This document shows, in pieces, positions 1-11,872 of a stretch of 64,000 nt of DNA. The stretch's first letter is position 1. Each line of letters begins with the position of its first letter. Under the pieces are notes generated by a model. The model saw only the letters and a program-made list of their open reading frames with translations, was not told where the DNA came from and did not search any database. Source of the stretch: Octopus bimaculoides (Eukaryota); the NCBI RefSeq assembly GCF_001194135.2, contig NC_068982.1:11367074-11431073 (forward strand), written 5' to 3'. The translations under genes were made by a program, and so were the position numbers.

Positions 1-58
1 CCCCCATCTCTCTCTCTCTCTCGCTCTCTCTCTCTCTCTCGCTCTCTCTCTCTCTCTC
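1..58. repeat. (CT)n microsatellite
   Basis: Direct inspection. Confidence 0.95.
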
Positions 59-2451
59 CAGGCTATCATATTCTCTACATAAAGCATCAGTTGTTTCTGT
101 AGAAGCTATTTACTAACTCATTGAAATTTTGTTCTCATGAACTTACAAATAAAAAAATAATAGAAATTTGATAAAAGCAAATATTTTATGAATTGATACA
201 CTTACTAGGAGCAATGGAAAAATACAAAAAGGAAGAACACGCACACACATATACAAAAAAAAAAAAAAAGTAAATCTCCCTACATATCTAAACATTAAAA
301 TTGTGCTTCAGCAGCATACAGCTTTAATTTGGTTCAATAAACACAGTATAAACTATACTTATTAAAATATATGGTCGCTTATAGTGAATACCGAACAGTA
401 GTTCTTAACTAGCTGTTAATTGAAAAGATGCCTAGCATGGCAGAAAATTGAGCTGGTCAAATAACTGGAATTCATCTCTGAATTATTTATTTTATATATA
501 GATTAGATTTCATTGCAAGCCATATTAATAATTTGAACAAGAACATATTTTAGGAAATGATAAAAGATTATTTGGTAAAATTCTAAAAGAAAAACATGTT
601 CAGTCCATGAAGGAAGACATGCTTATAAATACTAATTTGATTGTGTTGATATCGAAAGCAATATTTCTAGCTCTATTCAAAGAATATTATCCATAGTTCA
701 CTCTAAGGGGGCTGCATAAATAGCAATTCAGGCTGAGAGAAAATGGGAATGTTACAGTAACAGAAAATATGTCAGCCAGTTCTGTTGGCAATAAGGTTAT
801 TGATTAAATCTTTTGCATAACTGCTTGATTTTCTGTGTATGGAAGAACAAGATCAATTAAATATCAGATTTATTCATCAATAGAACACTAACTAGACAGA
901 ATTTGAAAACCGAAATCTAACTTTTAACTTGTGCTTGTTCCATTATTTGTATGGAGTACAATATATTAATTTAAGAAAACTAATATACTTGTACATGAAA
1001 ATTTTAACACACATGCTGCTAGTTTATGAATGGGAGGAAAAACAATATCTTAGCAAAAATGACATCTATCAGAGATTTCTCAACAAAATAACAAAATGGC
1101 ACTTTTCTTGATCCTTACAAGTTAATTTTTGAACACATAGATTCTGTTTATATAAACATTTTACCAACACATTTTAAGTGTATACTGAGATCTTAACAAA
1201 AGAACATGAGTAACAACAAAATATAATTTTTTTAAAAATCTAGTATTAAAGAATTCTGGCTTTGCCAACCATAAATGAAGGTAAATTTAAATGAGAAGCA
1301 CATTTTGGCAATTCTCAAATACCATACGAAAAGTAGGCTTTTGAGATCAATAATTAATTCTCGTAGCTGTTCGATGTTTAAATAATACTTATTATATTTT
1401 TATGATTAAATATTAGGAGTTGTATAAGAAAGGTTAAAATATTTTGTCTATGTAGCAATATTTATTACAGATAAATTTTAACAACTAAATTTTATATGGA
1501 CCTTGGTTAAGAAACACTGGTCTACCGAGATAATTGTGAAAATATGTGTCTTTTTTTTTAGAAACCAACATTTGTCCATCTGTACTAAAATATACTTTAT
1601 ATATAATTAGAAGTAAATTAAAGCTGAAAACATTTCTCACTGACACAATTTTAACCATTAACTAAAATATCTATCATCAAAATATATCTTTAAACCCGAT
1701 ATAAATCTTATGAACTAAATCAGAAAAAAAAAAAACAAAGATATTTCACAAATACATTTGAGCCAAGTTATTGTGTAATATATATATATATAAAAGCTAA
1801 GCTTTACACAAGCTCTGTGTGCTTCAAATTCCAATTACCATTTCATATATGTGGCTAAATACACTTGGAAAATACATTTAACAACTCAACATACCATTCT
1901 CCTTCCTCTAAAAGATTTGTTGCCTAATGTTATGTTATTATTTGGAGAAAGATATTTTTGGTGGAAGAAAGCTAATTAAATACTCAGAACTTTATGAAAC
2001 ATTCAATATGGAAGAGGAAACCATGTAAAAATATCAAATTAAATAGCTGACATTTGATTGTTAAAAATATTTCACCATGCTTAATATAATGAAGTGAAAA
2101 ACACTCCAATATGCTCCAAGAATTACCGACATATAAACTCATAAAAACATGAATACTAACAATACAATTAGTCTTCATATTCTTCTGCTAACTGAATATG
2201 AAGTCAGGTTATGGGTTTTTAGAAAATGTCAGGAACTAAAAGGAAAAAGGCAAAAAAAATCTAAGGTACCTCTTTACTCTCGAGTACACTAACATACAAA
2301 ACAGATGAAACAATAGTTGTTTCTTTTTTTTGTGTGTGTGTCTATTTTTTGAAACTTTGTTCCAAAAAGTATACAAAGTATCATTTTAAATACCCATTTT
2401 TATAAAGGGAACCAAATTTGATAGTTATATGAAAAAAACCATGTTCTAAAT

Positions 2452-2703
2452 CAGTTGTTCTCAACCATTTTTCTGTCTATGAACCCCTTTGTTTTACTAT
2501 TTTATCTTGGTGGATCCCATAAGTATTTAATGTTTACAAATTAATTTTATAGAAATTTCTTTCAAAATTCTTATTTTGTTATTCACTCATTTACTTGTGT
2601 AGGGTGAACTATGTAAAATTAATTAGAGAAAGAAACCTAGCTGCTTTTCTGCAATTTACACATTTACTATTTTGCTAACATAGATCCCAGCCGAGAACCA
2701 CTG
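2452..2703. mobile_element. hAT (Charlie-like) MITE
   Basis: Termini cagttgttctcaacc ... ccgagaaccactg; flanks ttctaaat / ttctgtat match at 6 of 8 positions as an 8-bp TSD. Confidence 0.65.
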
Positions 2704-5399
2704 TTCTGTATGATAACTTGATTGAAGCCTCACAAAAATGGGCCAATATTTGGAATGTTTAAAGAACAACTAAGTATTTGTCTATATGCTATTGAACAAT
2801 TATGAAACATGAAGAAAAATGAAATAACGTTATCCAATAACAGATTGAAAAAATATATATTACATTAAAAATTATATTACAAATATTTTTTTCTTGAATA
2901 TAATCATTCACACATTTTTAATATAAAATGTAAATGAGTACAGAATCAATAAAATATGCCAGATAGTTAACATGAAGCAAATATTTGCAGATTAATTTGA
3001 TGAACTTGTCAGAGAATAAAATGCAAATGATTTCATGCTATTTTTCTTTCCTTGTCATTTTACTGAAAATATGCCAAGAATAGAAAATAAACCAAAGGTA
3101 CAAGGGCTCAAAATTATGTGTATGTTTTATAAATATATATATACATGTATTCTATCTGGCAGGCATGTTTTTGTACTAGATATGAAGTATCATGAACATG
3201 TTATTATACATAGGTCATCAATTAAACATTGCAATACAGCCTCTGCTTATGTAATATTAAAATCACTTTCATAAATAGCTCTTGTGTAATACACACACAC
3301 ACACATTTTCTCTCTCTCTTTCTCTCTCTCTCCCTCTATATTTATGCACACACATACATACACTTCTTAAAGCTTCATAGCTTCAAGCATAGTTTTTCTT
3401 ATAAAAAGTACATGGAAGAGTAAAATAGCAGCACCTTCAAAAGAAACCTATAATTTGCCAAGTAATAAGAGGTTGTATCAACAAAAATAGCTTGTTATCA
3501 CAATTGAGGAAAAAAATATACCAAGAATGAAGATTCTCAGATTGTATTTTTTTTCTTTTAAAGAAAAGGGGAAAAAAAGAGCATATAAAAAATAATTTTC
3601 TTATATAAAGTTGCTATAATTTAACAATTTGTCAGTTTATTTCATCAAAAGCTTTTAAAATTGCTAGTATTTCATAACATTCCTCAAAAAAAGACGAGTT
3701 TGAATTTTACTTGACAAACTGTATAGCTTGATGCATTACTGACATGATGACAAATAGAAAATTGTAAAAATGAAGAACACATAAAATAGAGATAAAAAAA
3801 AAAAAAATGTTATGAAATATGAAATTTTTAGAGGAAATATTTCAGACTAAATAATTCTGGTTCATGAGTCACCTCACGAACCAGAATTCAATCATGAATA
3901 GCATCTCAGACTATCAGTAAACATTGCATTCCTTTCATTGTGCATATTGATTGCTTATTTCATAACATGGAGCTAGCCAATATGACAATATTTTAAAGAA
4001 AAAAAGAAAAAGAAAAGAAACAGCAATTTTAAGTAGAACAATAGTTTTCTATAAACACTGTATTAGAAAGTGGTGGAGGCTATATAATTGTAAGCATTTT
4101 CATATACTTTCTTGGAAATCATTTGAATAATTGATTTGGTAAAATGGCAATTTTCCAAAACCATTACATTTAATATTACAAATAAAATATTGTTCTATCT
4201 CAATAGACAATAATCAAATTACGACCTTGCAATATGTAACCAACATATGCGTTATGTAAGATAAAAAACAAAAAAATTCCAGCATTAGTTACAATGAAAT
4301 TTTATCTACCTAAAATTGAAAAACAACAACAAAAAATTAACTTTAGTTGGTACAAAAGAAAAAAAAAAACTATGAAATAATTGCTGAACATACATGATTA
4401 ATCAATATCAATCAATAGGCATCTGTTTAAATAGATGATTAAAAAAATTCAAAGAAAGCTTTATTTGATATTGGAGTGAACACTGATTATTGAGAAAAAG
4501 CAAATTACAAGAAGGAAAAAAATCAAATTCTTCACAGTAATTAAATGGAATTTCTTTTAAGAACTACTGGTTTATAATGGGAAAATCAAATGTTTAACAA
4601 TGGTAGAAAAATAAAATGTTGAAATTATGATGCTAAAATTCCTCATATTACAAGCTGAATTCACTTAAAGATTTGAGAGTTGCCATTAAAAAAATAAAAA
4701 TTAAAAAAAACATAAAAAGACTGTTGAAGCAATGTGAACAAGTGTCTTGTTTCAAAGGCATGACAATGCAGGTAATAAAAGAGTTGAAGAGGACTGAAAA
4801 CACTTAGAAAACAAAAAAAAAAACAACAAACAATGAAGGCAGGAATAAAAGATATACTACTGCAATAATATTTCATCTATGAAAAGAATAAAAAAAAAAA
4901 AATGTCAATCCAATTAAAAAAGTCAATACACATATTTACATACATCTGACATTTAATGGAAGTACGGTAACCTATTTCTTTTACAAAATATCCATTACGA
5001 GAAGTTAAAATTAAATAATGTCTGATTCACACTGTGGTGGGTGAGATTAATTAAACTAATGCCATTAAACATTAAATTATTAACTTCAACTGTTCATTAA
5101 GAAATTATTCAAACATGGTGGTAGGTAGCAAGCAGTTTGGATTATAAACCTTTTTTTCTAACTATCCTTTGATTTAAGTAGAACTACTAACAGAAAAAGC
5201 CTTTGATTGGTAGAAATAAAAGGGTTAATAAAAAATAAAAAAAGAACAAAAACAAAAGCTGCCATATCTATTGGCATTGCTTTACAATTTGAAGTTCAAA
5301 TTCCAGAGTTAACTGTCTTTCATTCTTCATGAGTTGCTAGATAGAAATACAGGGGTATATATCCACAATAAAAGGGGCCATTTCAGATATTTTATTGGG

Positions 5400-5970
5400 C
5401 TGCAAGCTAGCAGAATCACTAGAACACCAGACAAAACGCATAGTGGCAGTTTTGTCCATCATTACATTCTGAGTTCAAATTCTGCTAAGATCAACTTTAC
5501 CTTTCATCTTTTTGGGGTTGATAAAATAAGAACCAGTTGCACACTGAGAGGGTCAATGTAATCGACTAACACCCTCCCCCCTGAAATTGCTGGCCTTGTG
5601 CCAAAATTTGAAACCATTAGTGGTTACAGGTTGGCAAGCTGGCAGATAAAATGCATAGTGGTAGTTCATCGGTTCAATAAAATAAGTACCAGTTGAACAC
5701 TGGGGTATGGGGGGGGGCAATATAACTGACTTCCCCACCCCTCAAAAGTTGTTGGCCTAGTGCCAAAATAAGAAAGAGAAAAAAAAAAGGAAAAAGTGAG
5801 CTGGCAGAATCACTCGCATGTCAGACAAAAGTCTCAGTGGTATTTCTTCCAACTTTTTACATTCTGAGTTCAAATCCCATCAAGGTTTTAACTTTTCTTT
5901 TCATTCTTTTGGGGGTCAGTACAATAAAGTACCCACCAACACTGCAATCAATATAATCAAGTTAATCGAT
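5400..5970 (+). mobile_element. Three tandem decayed copies of SINE family B (tRNA-like head, cctttcatc..ggggt.gataaa..aagtacca core)
   Basis: Repeated units ctggcagaatcact..ttctgagttcaaat..ctttcatc..ataagtaccag..gcctTgtgcc, matching the cleaner copy at 27120-27325. Confidence 0.8.
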
Positions 5971-5975
5971 AGTTT

Positions 5976-6202
5976 TTAACCCCTTTGCTTTTAAACCAGC
6001 CATGACCAGCCCAAATATTCTATCAGTTTCAGGTTCAAACTGGCCAAATCTGACCTCTTACACCTGCCCTACAATATCATTCTAAAAATTAACAACCACA
6101 TCCTTGAAATCTCAAAGCTACAAGATAATACATGATTAATTCAAAACCATGTGAATAGATAAGCATTACAGTTGCCAAAATAATCTGAATGCTAAGGGCT
6201 AA
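5976..6202 (+). mobile_element. piggyBac-like MITE family 1 (about 220 bp)
   Basis: ttaa|ccctttgc...gctaaggg|ctaa; same internal sequence as the copies at 9437, 30808, 33632 and 44222. Confidence 0.75.
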
Positions 6203-7241
6203 ACATTTGTAATGGGCATATCTGTAATGGGCATATCTCCAAGATTAACATGTGAAAAAAAAAAATAATAATTCGAGATTACACACACACACACACACAA
6301 AAATGCATAACATCTTTGGTAAATGCAACTCTTTAAACAGTAATGTGTTTAAAGTAATGTATGCAATGTACAATGTTTGTACTATATATTTTGAAGAGTC
6401 AAATTCCATCTGGAATCCTATCTGGGTCCAAAGTCCAACTTACTGCCAGAAAGAGGAAGTAAGGTAGTTCAACATGTCACATAATTATCATGAAAGCTTT
6501 TAATGTAGTAACAGTAAGCCACAAAACAAATAACTTCATAGATGTAACCATTTTTAAAATGACAGTAAAGTGACATTTTAAAAAGACAAAAAAGATCAAA
6601 TAGAAAGGCAGATTCACTCTAAAGTTCATTAATTTATATGAATCAATTGTTTATTTAATGACTAAATATTTAAAAAAGTTGTGCTTAAAAGTTCAATGAA
6701 CAACTGAATGTCCAACACAATATGCAAGCAGATCAATAGAGGGTTAGATGAACACTAATCTAATAAAATGTTTAATCTTGGAAAAAAATACTTCACCTTC
6801 TAATTTAATAAAAACTAATAATGGATTTTCTTCCTTTAATAACTTTGTTTATGATTCCACATTAGTTGTTCCATACAATATTTATGTCGAAAAGAGTATT
6901 GAAAATAATGTATACATATGTATAAAAAAAAAAAGAGAGAGAGAGTAATAGAAATGGATCAATAAATTCATCTGATAGTACAATCAGAATTTAGCAGCCA
7001 TTTTGCATTGTTCAACTCACTAATTTAATCTTTGTAGGGGTTATACAGTTCTACCACACACACAAAAAAAAACCAAGTACATCTCCATAGATTATTCTGG
7101 CGGTCATTCAAACTTTATCAGTTACTTCCCCAGTTGCTGGCTTTCAGCAACTTAACTGATTCACTTCTTATTTGTTGCATAATACTACTAAACACCAATT
7201 TCAAAAAGAAAAAAAAGACTTCAATTTGAGGCTTCCCCCTC

Positions 7242-7744
7242 TTAATCCTTTATTATTCAAATTACTCTGTCAAATGTAATGCACATTTATTCACATAGTT
7301 TAAAATTAATTATATATTATCTTTTAGCTTCAAGATTTTGGAGATCATCATCATCATCATCATCATCATCATCGTTTAACGTCCGCCTTCCATGCTAGCA
7401 TGGGTTGGACGATTTGACTGAGGACTGGTGAAACCGGATGGCAACACCAGGCTCCAATTTAATTTGGCAGAGTTTCTACAGCTGGATGCCCTTCCTAACG
7501 CCAACCACTCAGAGAGTGTAGTGGGTGCTTTTACGTGTCACCCGCACGAAAACGGCCACACTCGAAATGGTGTCTTTTATGTGCCACCCGCACAAGAGCC
7601 AGTCCAGGGGCACCGGCAACGATGTGATAGCTTATTTTTAAAATGACATTGTAAAATAGGTTTGAGACCAGAACTGGCTGATTTGAAAATAAAAAAACTG
7701 GTAGAATATTTGAGCTGGAGATGGTCAGTTTAAGGCAGTGTTAA
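7242..7744 (-). mobile_element. piggyBac-like MITE family 1, interrupted by a (CAT)n-tailed element
   Basis: Reverse-oriented MITE halves (7242-7344 and about 7621-7744) with TTAA at both ends. Confidence 0.7.
7345..7620 (-). mobile_element. (ATG)n-tailed retroposon 3' end (RTE-type SINE or truncated LINE), young copy
   Basis: (CAT)n followed by cgtttaacgtccgccttccatgctagcatgggttggacg...; nearly identical to 48264-48461. The RTE link is inferred from the short tandem-repeat tail. Confidence 0.8.
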
Positions 7745-7893
7745 GGAAGGGGTCAGTATGATGTGAAGTCATTTGACCCCTATGTTTTCTTAGTTTATCA
7801 ATCTAAGCTCAATGTAAACTTTATAAGCCATCAAATGAAAGAGGAAAACAACTTTTTAACAGCAGATTGAAAATTCACCAATAACTGATAAAA

Positions 7894-8094
7894 TTCTTGT
7901 TTCAGTCATTATACTGTGGCCATGCTGGGGTACTGCCTTGAAGACCTTTTAGTCGAATGAATTGGCATCAGTATTTATTTATTTTTTAAAATCCTGGTAC
8001 TTATTCTATTGGATCTTTAGCCAAACTTCTAAGTTAGAGACATAAACAAACCAACACCAGTTGTCAAGCGGTGATGGGGGACAAATACATACAC

Positions 8095-8128
<34 letters not shown>

Positions 8129-8280
8129 AAGCTTTCTGTTTTCGTCTACGAAATCCACACACAAGGCTTTTTTCAGCCCAAGGCTATAGAAGAAGACACT
8201 TGCCTAAGGTGTCACACAGTGGGACTGAATCCAGAACCATGTGGTTAGGAAGCAAACTTCTTACTACACAGCCACACCTG
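7894..8280 (-). mobile_element. SINE family A (tRNA-like head, internal (TA)n/(TG)n microsatellite)
   Basis: Reverse complement of the 38869-39299 copy. Confidence 0.85.
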
Positions 8281-8285
8281 TTTCA

Positions 8286-8455
8286 AAGGGCCAGCCTTGT
8301 CACACTGTGTCACGCTGAATCTCGCCGAGAACTACGTTAAGGGTACACGTGTCTGTGGAGTGCTCAGCCACTTGCACATTAATTTCACGAGCAGGTTGTT
8401 CCATTGATCGATCAACTGGAACCCTCGACGTCATAACCGACGGAGTGCCAACAAC
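8286..8455 (+). mobile_element. 3' part of SINE family C
   Basis: aaagggccagccttgtcacact...cacgctgaatct..gagaactacgttaaggg... recurs at about 51150-51315. Confidence 0.7.
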
Positions 8456-8564
8456 ATGTGTACAGTGATGGATTCGAGGGTTTAATTTATTTCACCACTT
8501 ACAAAGCTTAATTCAATTAAAAAAGCATGGGTAAGCAAAGCATTGTAATTTGCGAAAAAATTTC

Positions 8565-8952
8565 TCTCTTTTACTCGTTTGTCATTTTGACTGCGGCCAT
8601 GCTGGAGCGCCGCCTTTTAGTCGAGCAAATCGACCCCAGGACTTATTCTTTGTAAGCCTAGTACTTATTCTATTGGTCTCTTTTGCCGAACCGCTAAGTT
8701 ACAGGGACAAAACACACCAACATTGGTTGTCAAGTGATGATGGGAGTACAAACACAGACACAAATAACAAATACATACATACATATATACGATGGGCTTC
8801 TTTCAGTATCTGTCTACCAAATCCACTCACAAGGCTTTGGTCGGCCCGAGGCTATAGTAGAAGACACTTGCCCAAGGTGCCACACAGTGGGACTGAACCC
8901 AAAACTATGTGGTTGGTAAGCAAGCTACTTACCACACAGCCACTCCTACACC
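8565..8952 (-). mobile_element. SINE family A, near full length
   Basis: Reverse complement of the 38869-39299 copy; explains ORFs 8550-9080 and 8734-8919. Confidence 0.9.
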
Positions 8953-9436
8953 TATCTGAGCAAAGGGTTAGCATTGCCCCTCCAATGCCATTTTTTTTTC
9001 ATTTAAGAATTGCTTTTATAGCTTCTTACCTTTTCTACCACCCAACCTTAAACTTTATATTTTTTTCTTCAGTAAAATGAAGGGAGCAAAGTTAGGAACA
9101 CAATGTAAGAGAAAAAGAAATATCTTTTTAATTTATGGATATGTACTTAAGTACCTTATCATATGAGATGCATAACCTAGAGGTTAGGCTGTTGCTCTCA
9201 TGATCACAAGATCGTGGCTTTAATTGCTAGACCAGATGGTGCATTGTGTTCTAAAGTACCTCACATTGCTCTGCAATCACTGATGCCCAACATGTGGTAC
9301 ACCAGGCACCTGTTCGAGCAGGCAAGCTAATATGTACAACATATACATTTGATCCCTATAAACAAATTATCTGTGCAGGTCATTCAGCAAAAACCTGAAC
9401 ACTCGTACATTGCCCTTGATATGAGATCACATCACC

Positions 9437-9660
9437 TTAACCCATAAGCGTTTAAACCTGCCATTTCAGGACAAAGTGGTCTACCCATTTTATGTTCAAA
9501 CCAGCCAGATCCAGCCTCTCACACCTATCTTACAATGTCATTCTTAAAATAAGCAATCACATCATTGAATTCTAGAAGCTACTAGATAATGCATAATTCA
9601 AAACGATGTGAATAAATAAGCACTACATTTGAGAGAGTAATCTGAATGCTAACGAGTTAA
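9437..9660 (+). mobile_element. piggyBac-like MITE family 1
   Basis: ttaa|ccc...tctgaatgctaacgag|ttaa. Confidence 0.75.
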
Positions 9661-9898
9661 TCTTACAACAAATGAATAATTTGTCTATTTAAGTTTTTGA
9701 ACCAACAAAAAGTATTGCATAATTATGCTTTGCCAACTCTGTAATTAACATGCGTGTTATCTTGATAAACCTGTTGAAATGTACTTTGTTATGACTCATG
9801 ACTACAAAAGCTAACATAAGAATGGCTTAAGACTAATACTTTGAATTTAACAGAGTATGCCACTAGTCAGTTACTATTTTTCAGATTTTGGTTGAAGT

Positions 9899-10125
9899 TT
9901 AACCCTTTTCTTACCATATTTCTATTGAGATGTTGTGTGTTTCTTTCAATTATTTTAAATATAACAAAGAATTTAGTAAAATAACTTAGTTATTGTTAAG
10001 CTAGTGTTAGGAACATAAATTGTGACTAAAGTTTGGTGGAAGATTTTAATTCAGAACTTGAAAATAAAACATTTGTACTACAAAGCCAGAGGCAGTTTCA
10101 GGCAGGTTGATATCAAAAGGGTTAA
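9899..10125 (+). mobile_element. piggyBac-like MITE family 2
   Basis: ttaa|cccttttcttacca...tgatatcaaaaggg|ttaa, with TTAA TSD and CCC-initiated TIRs; a partial second copy lies at 35964-36103. Confidence 0.8.
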
Positions 10126-10244
10126 AATGTGAACTTTTAGGTAAAGAAGGATGAAAATTCTTTTAGGCTATCTAAATTGTTGAGTAATTACCAACAAATG
10201 AAAAGCATTAATAATCAATAACCAATTACAAATTAACAGAGCAA

Positions 10245-10500
10245 AGCATGGCTTAGTGGTTATGATGTTCAACTCCTGATTGTAAGATTGTGGTTTCAAT
10301 TCCTAGGTCAAGTGACACATCGTGTTCTTGAGCAAAACACTTCATTTTATGTTGCTCCAGTCCACTCATCTGGTAAAAATTGGTAATTCTGTGATGGATT
10401 GGGGTCCTGTCCTGGTATGGAATATATACATAACAGAAACTGACCCTATGAGTCCATATGACTCCTAAGGGTTATAAGTCTTTATGACTCAGGAAGAACC
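10245..10500 (+). mobile_element. SINE with family C head (cttgagcaaaacact...gttgctccagtccactca)
   Basis: tRNA-like A/B boxes (tggcttagtgg / gtttcaattcc); core shared with 51030-51135 and, reversed, 49300-49530. Confidence 0.65.
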
Positions 10501-10576
10501 ATTATCCTTTTTTAATTACTAATTAAGAGAATAAACTAAAATTAAAACTTCAGTAATTAATAAAAATACGAATAAG

Positions 10577-11230
10577 ACGCAGGTGGGCATGTGTCTTCTA
10601 CTGTAGCATCAGGCCAACCAAATCCTTGTAAGTAGATTTGGTAGACGGAAACTGAAAGAAGCTCGTCGTATATATATGTATAAGTTTGTGTGTCTGTGTT
10701 TGTCCCCTGCCCCGCCATCACTTGACAACCAATGTTGGTGTGTTTACGACCCTATGATTTAGTGGTTTGGCAAAAGAGACCAATAGAATAAGTACTAGGC
10801 TTACAACGAATAAGTCCTGGGGTTGATTTGTCCGACTGAAACAAGTAAAAGAATACAGCTAAGAGTACACCTGCTTTATTCTAAAAGGAAATCGTAATGG
10901 TTGGCAATGAAAGCTAATGTGACGATTAAATATCTTAATATTATATCTTTCATTTGTTTTAGTCATTGAACGGCAGCCATGCAAGAACAGAACCTTGAAG
11001 ATTTTAGTCAAATCGATCTCAGTACTTATTTTTAAAAACTGACACTCATTCAATCAGTCTCTTTTGCTAAAATGCTAAACGAGGACGTAAACAAACCAAC
11101 AACTGTTGTCAAGCAGGGGTGGAAACAAACACAGATACACACACACAACCAGTGTTCGTCTGCCAAACTCACAAGACAAAGTGACACTACACCCAAGACT
11201 TAAAACTAGGTATTTGGAAAGCAAACTTCT
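10577..11230. mobile_element. Two SINE family A pieces in opposite orientation (+ 10577-10856, - 10950-11230)
   Basis: Family A 3' halves face each other about 100 bp apart; the second is interrupted at 11231 and resumes at 11873. Confidence 0.75.
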
Positions 11231-11872
11231 GGATCTTGTTGAATTTCTTCTAATCACTCGAAGTTTAATTAATTTTCAGATTTTTAAAAAAATGTAGTTC
11301 TGATGTAGTTTTGCATGCTGCTGATGAAAACCGCATTCATTTCTTTTTTTTTTTTTCCTAGAAATTAATAATAAAGCAGTTATATAAGCAGTTGAAGTTA
11401 CATAGTTTTAACCAATCAATGACGTCCATTGCCAATATATCGTAGGCCGGAACTGTCGGTTGTCATGGAAACCAGCAAAGACAACAAAGATGAAATTGTT
11501 ACGTGGTCTCTCGACCTGCTAGAAAAAGCTGCTAAATCTTCCTCAAACTATATCATAACGTCTAAAAAATGGTAAGACATGTTATATGACGTAGTGGTGG
11601 TGGTGAGGGGCATTTTTTTTTCATTCATAATTGGAGCACCGATGCATCGTATCATAAAGTAATCCAACAGGTATGTATGTAAAACAAACACGTGTTCAGC
11701 GTTGTTTCTGATAACATAAAACATATTCAGTTCCGACGTACAATAATGTTGGCAACGAACGTCTTTGATTAATTTACAGAAGAATAAAGTATTCTGATGA
11801 ACTACATGTTTTGAAAATAATCTGTTGAAGTTTGAAAAACTTCTGGTAGTTAGAAGAAATTTAACAAGACCC
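11231..11872. mobile_element. Merlin-like non-autonomous DNA transposon (642 bp)
   Basis: TIR ggatcttgttgaatttcttctaatcactcgaagttt versus the reverse complement of the right end, gggtcttgttaaatttcttctaactaccagaagttt. Flanks aaacttct / aagctgct (6 of 8) duplicate the host SINE motif aagcttct. Confidence 0.7.

Noticed and set aside
6208-6237. 15-bp tandem duplication tgtaatgggcatatc, and a 17-bp direct repeat at 28657-28707
   Set aside because: Ordinary small slippage or repair duplications with no further structure.
8550-9080. 176-aa ORF and similar ORFs at 38851, 38872, 49680 and 58227
   Set aside because: They are readings through SINE family A; similar peptides recur wherever the SINE occurs.
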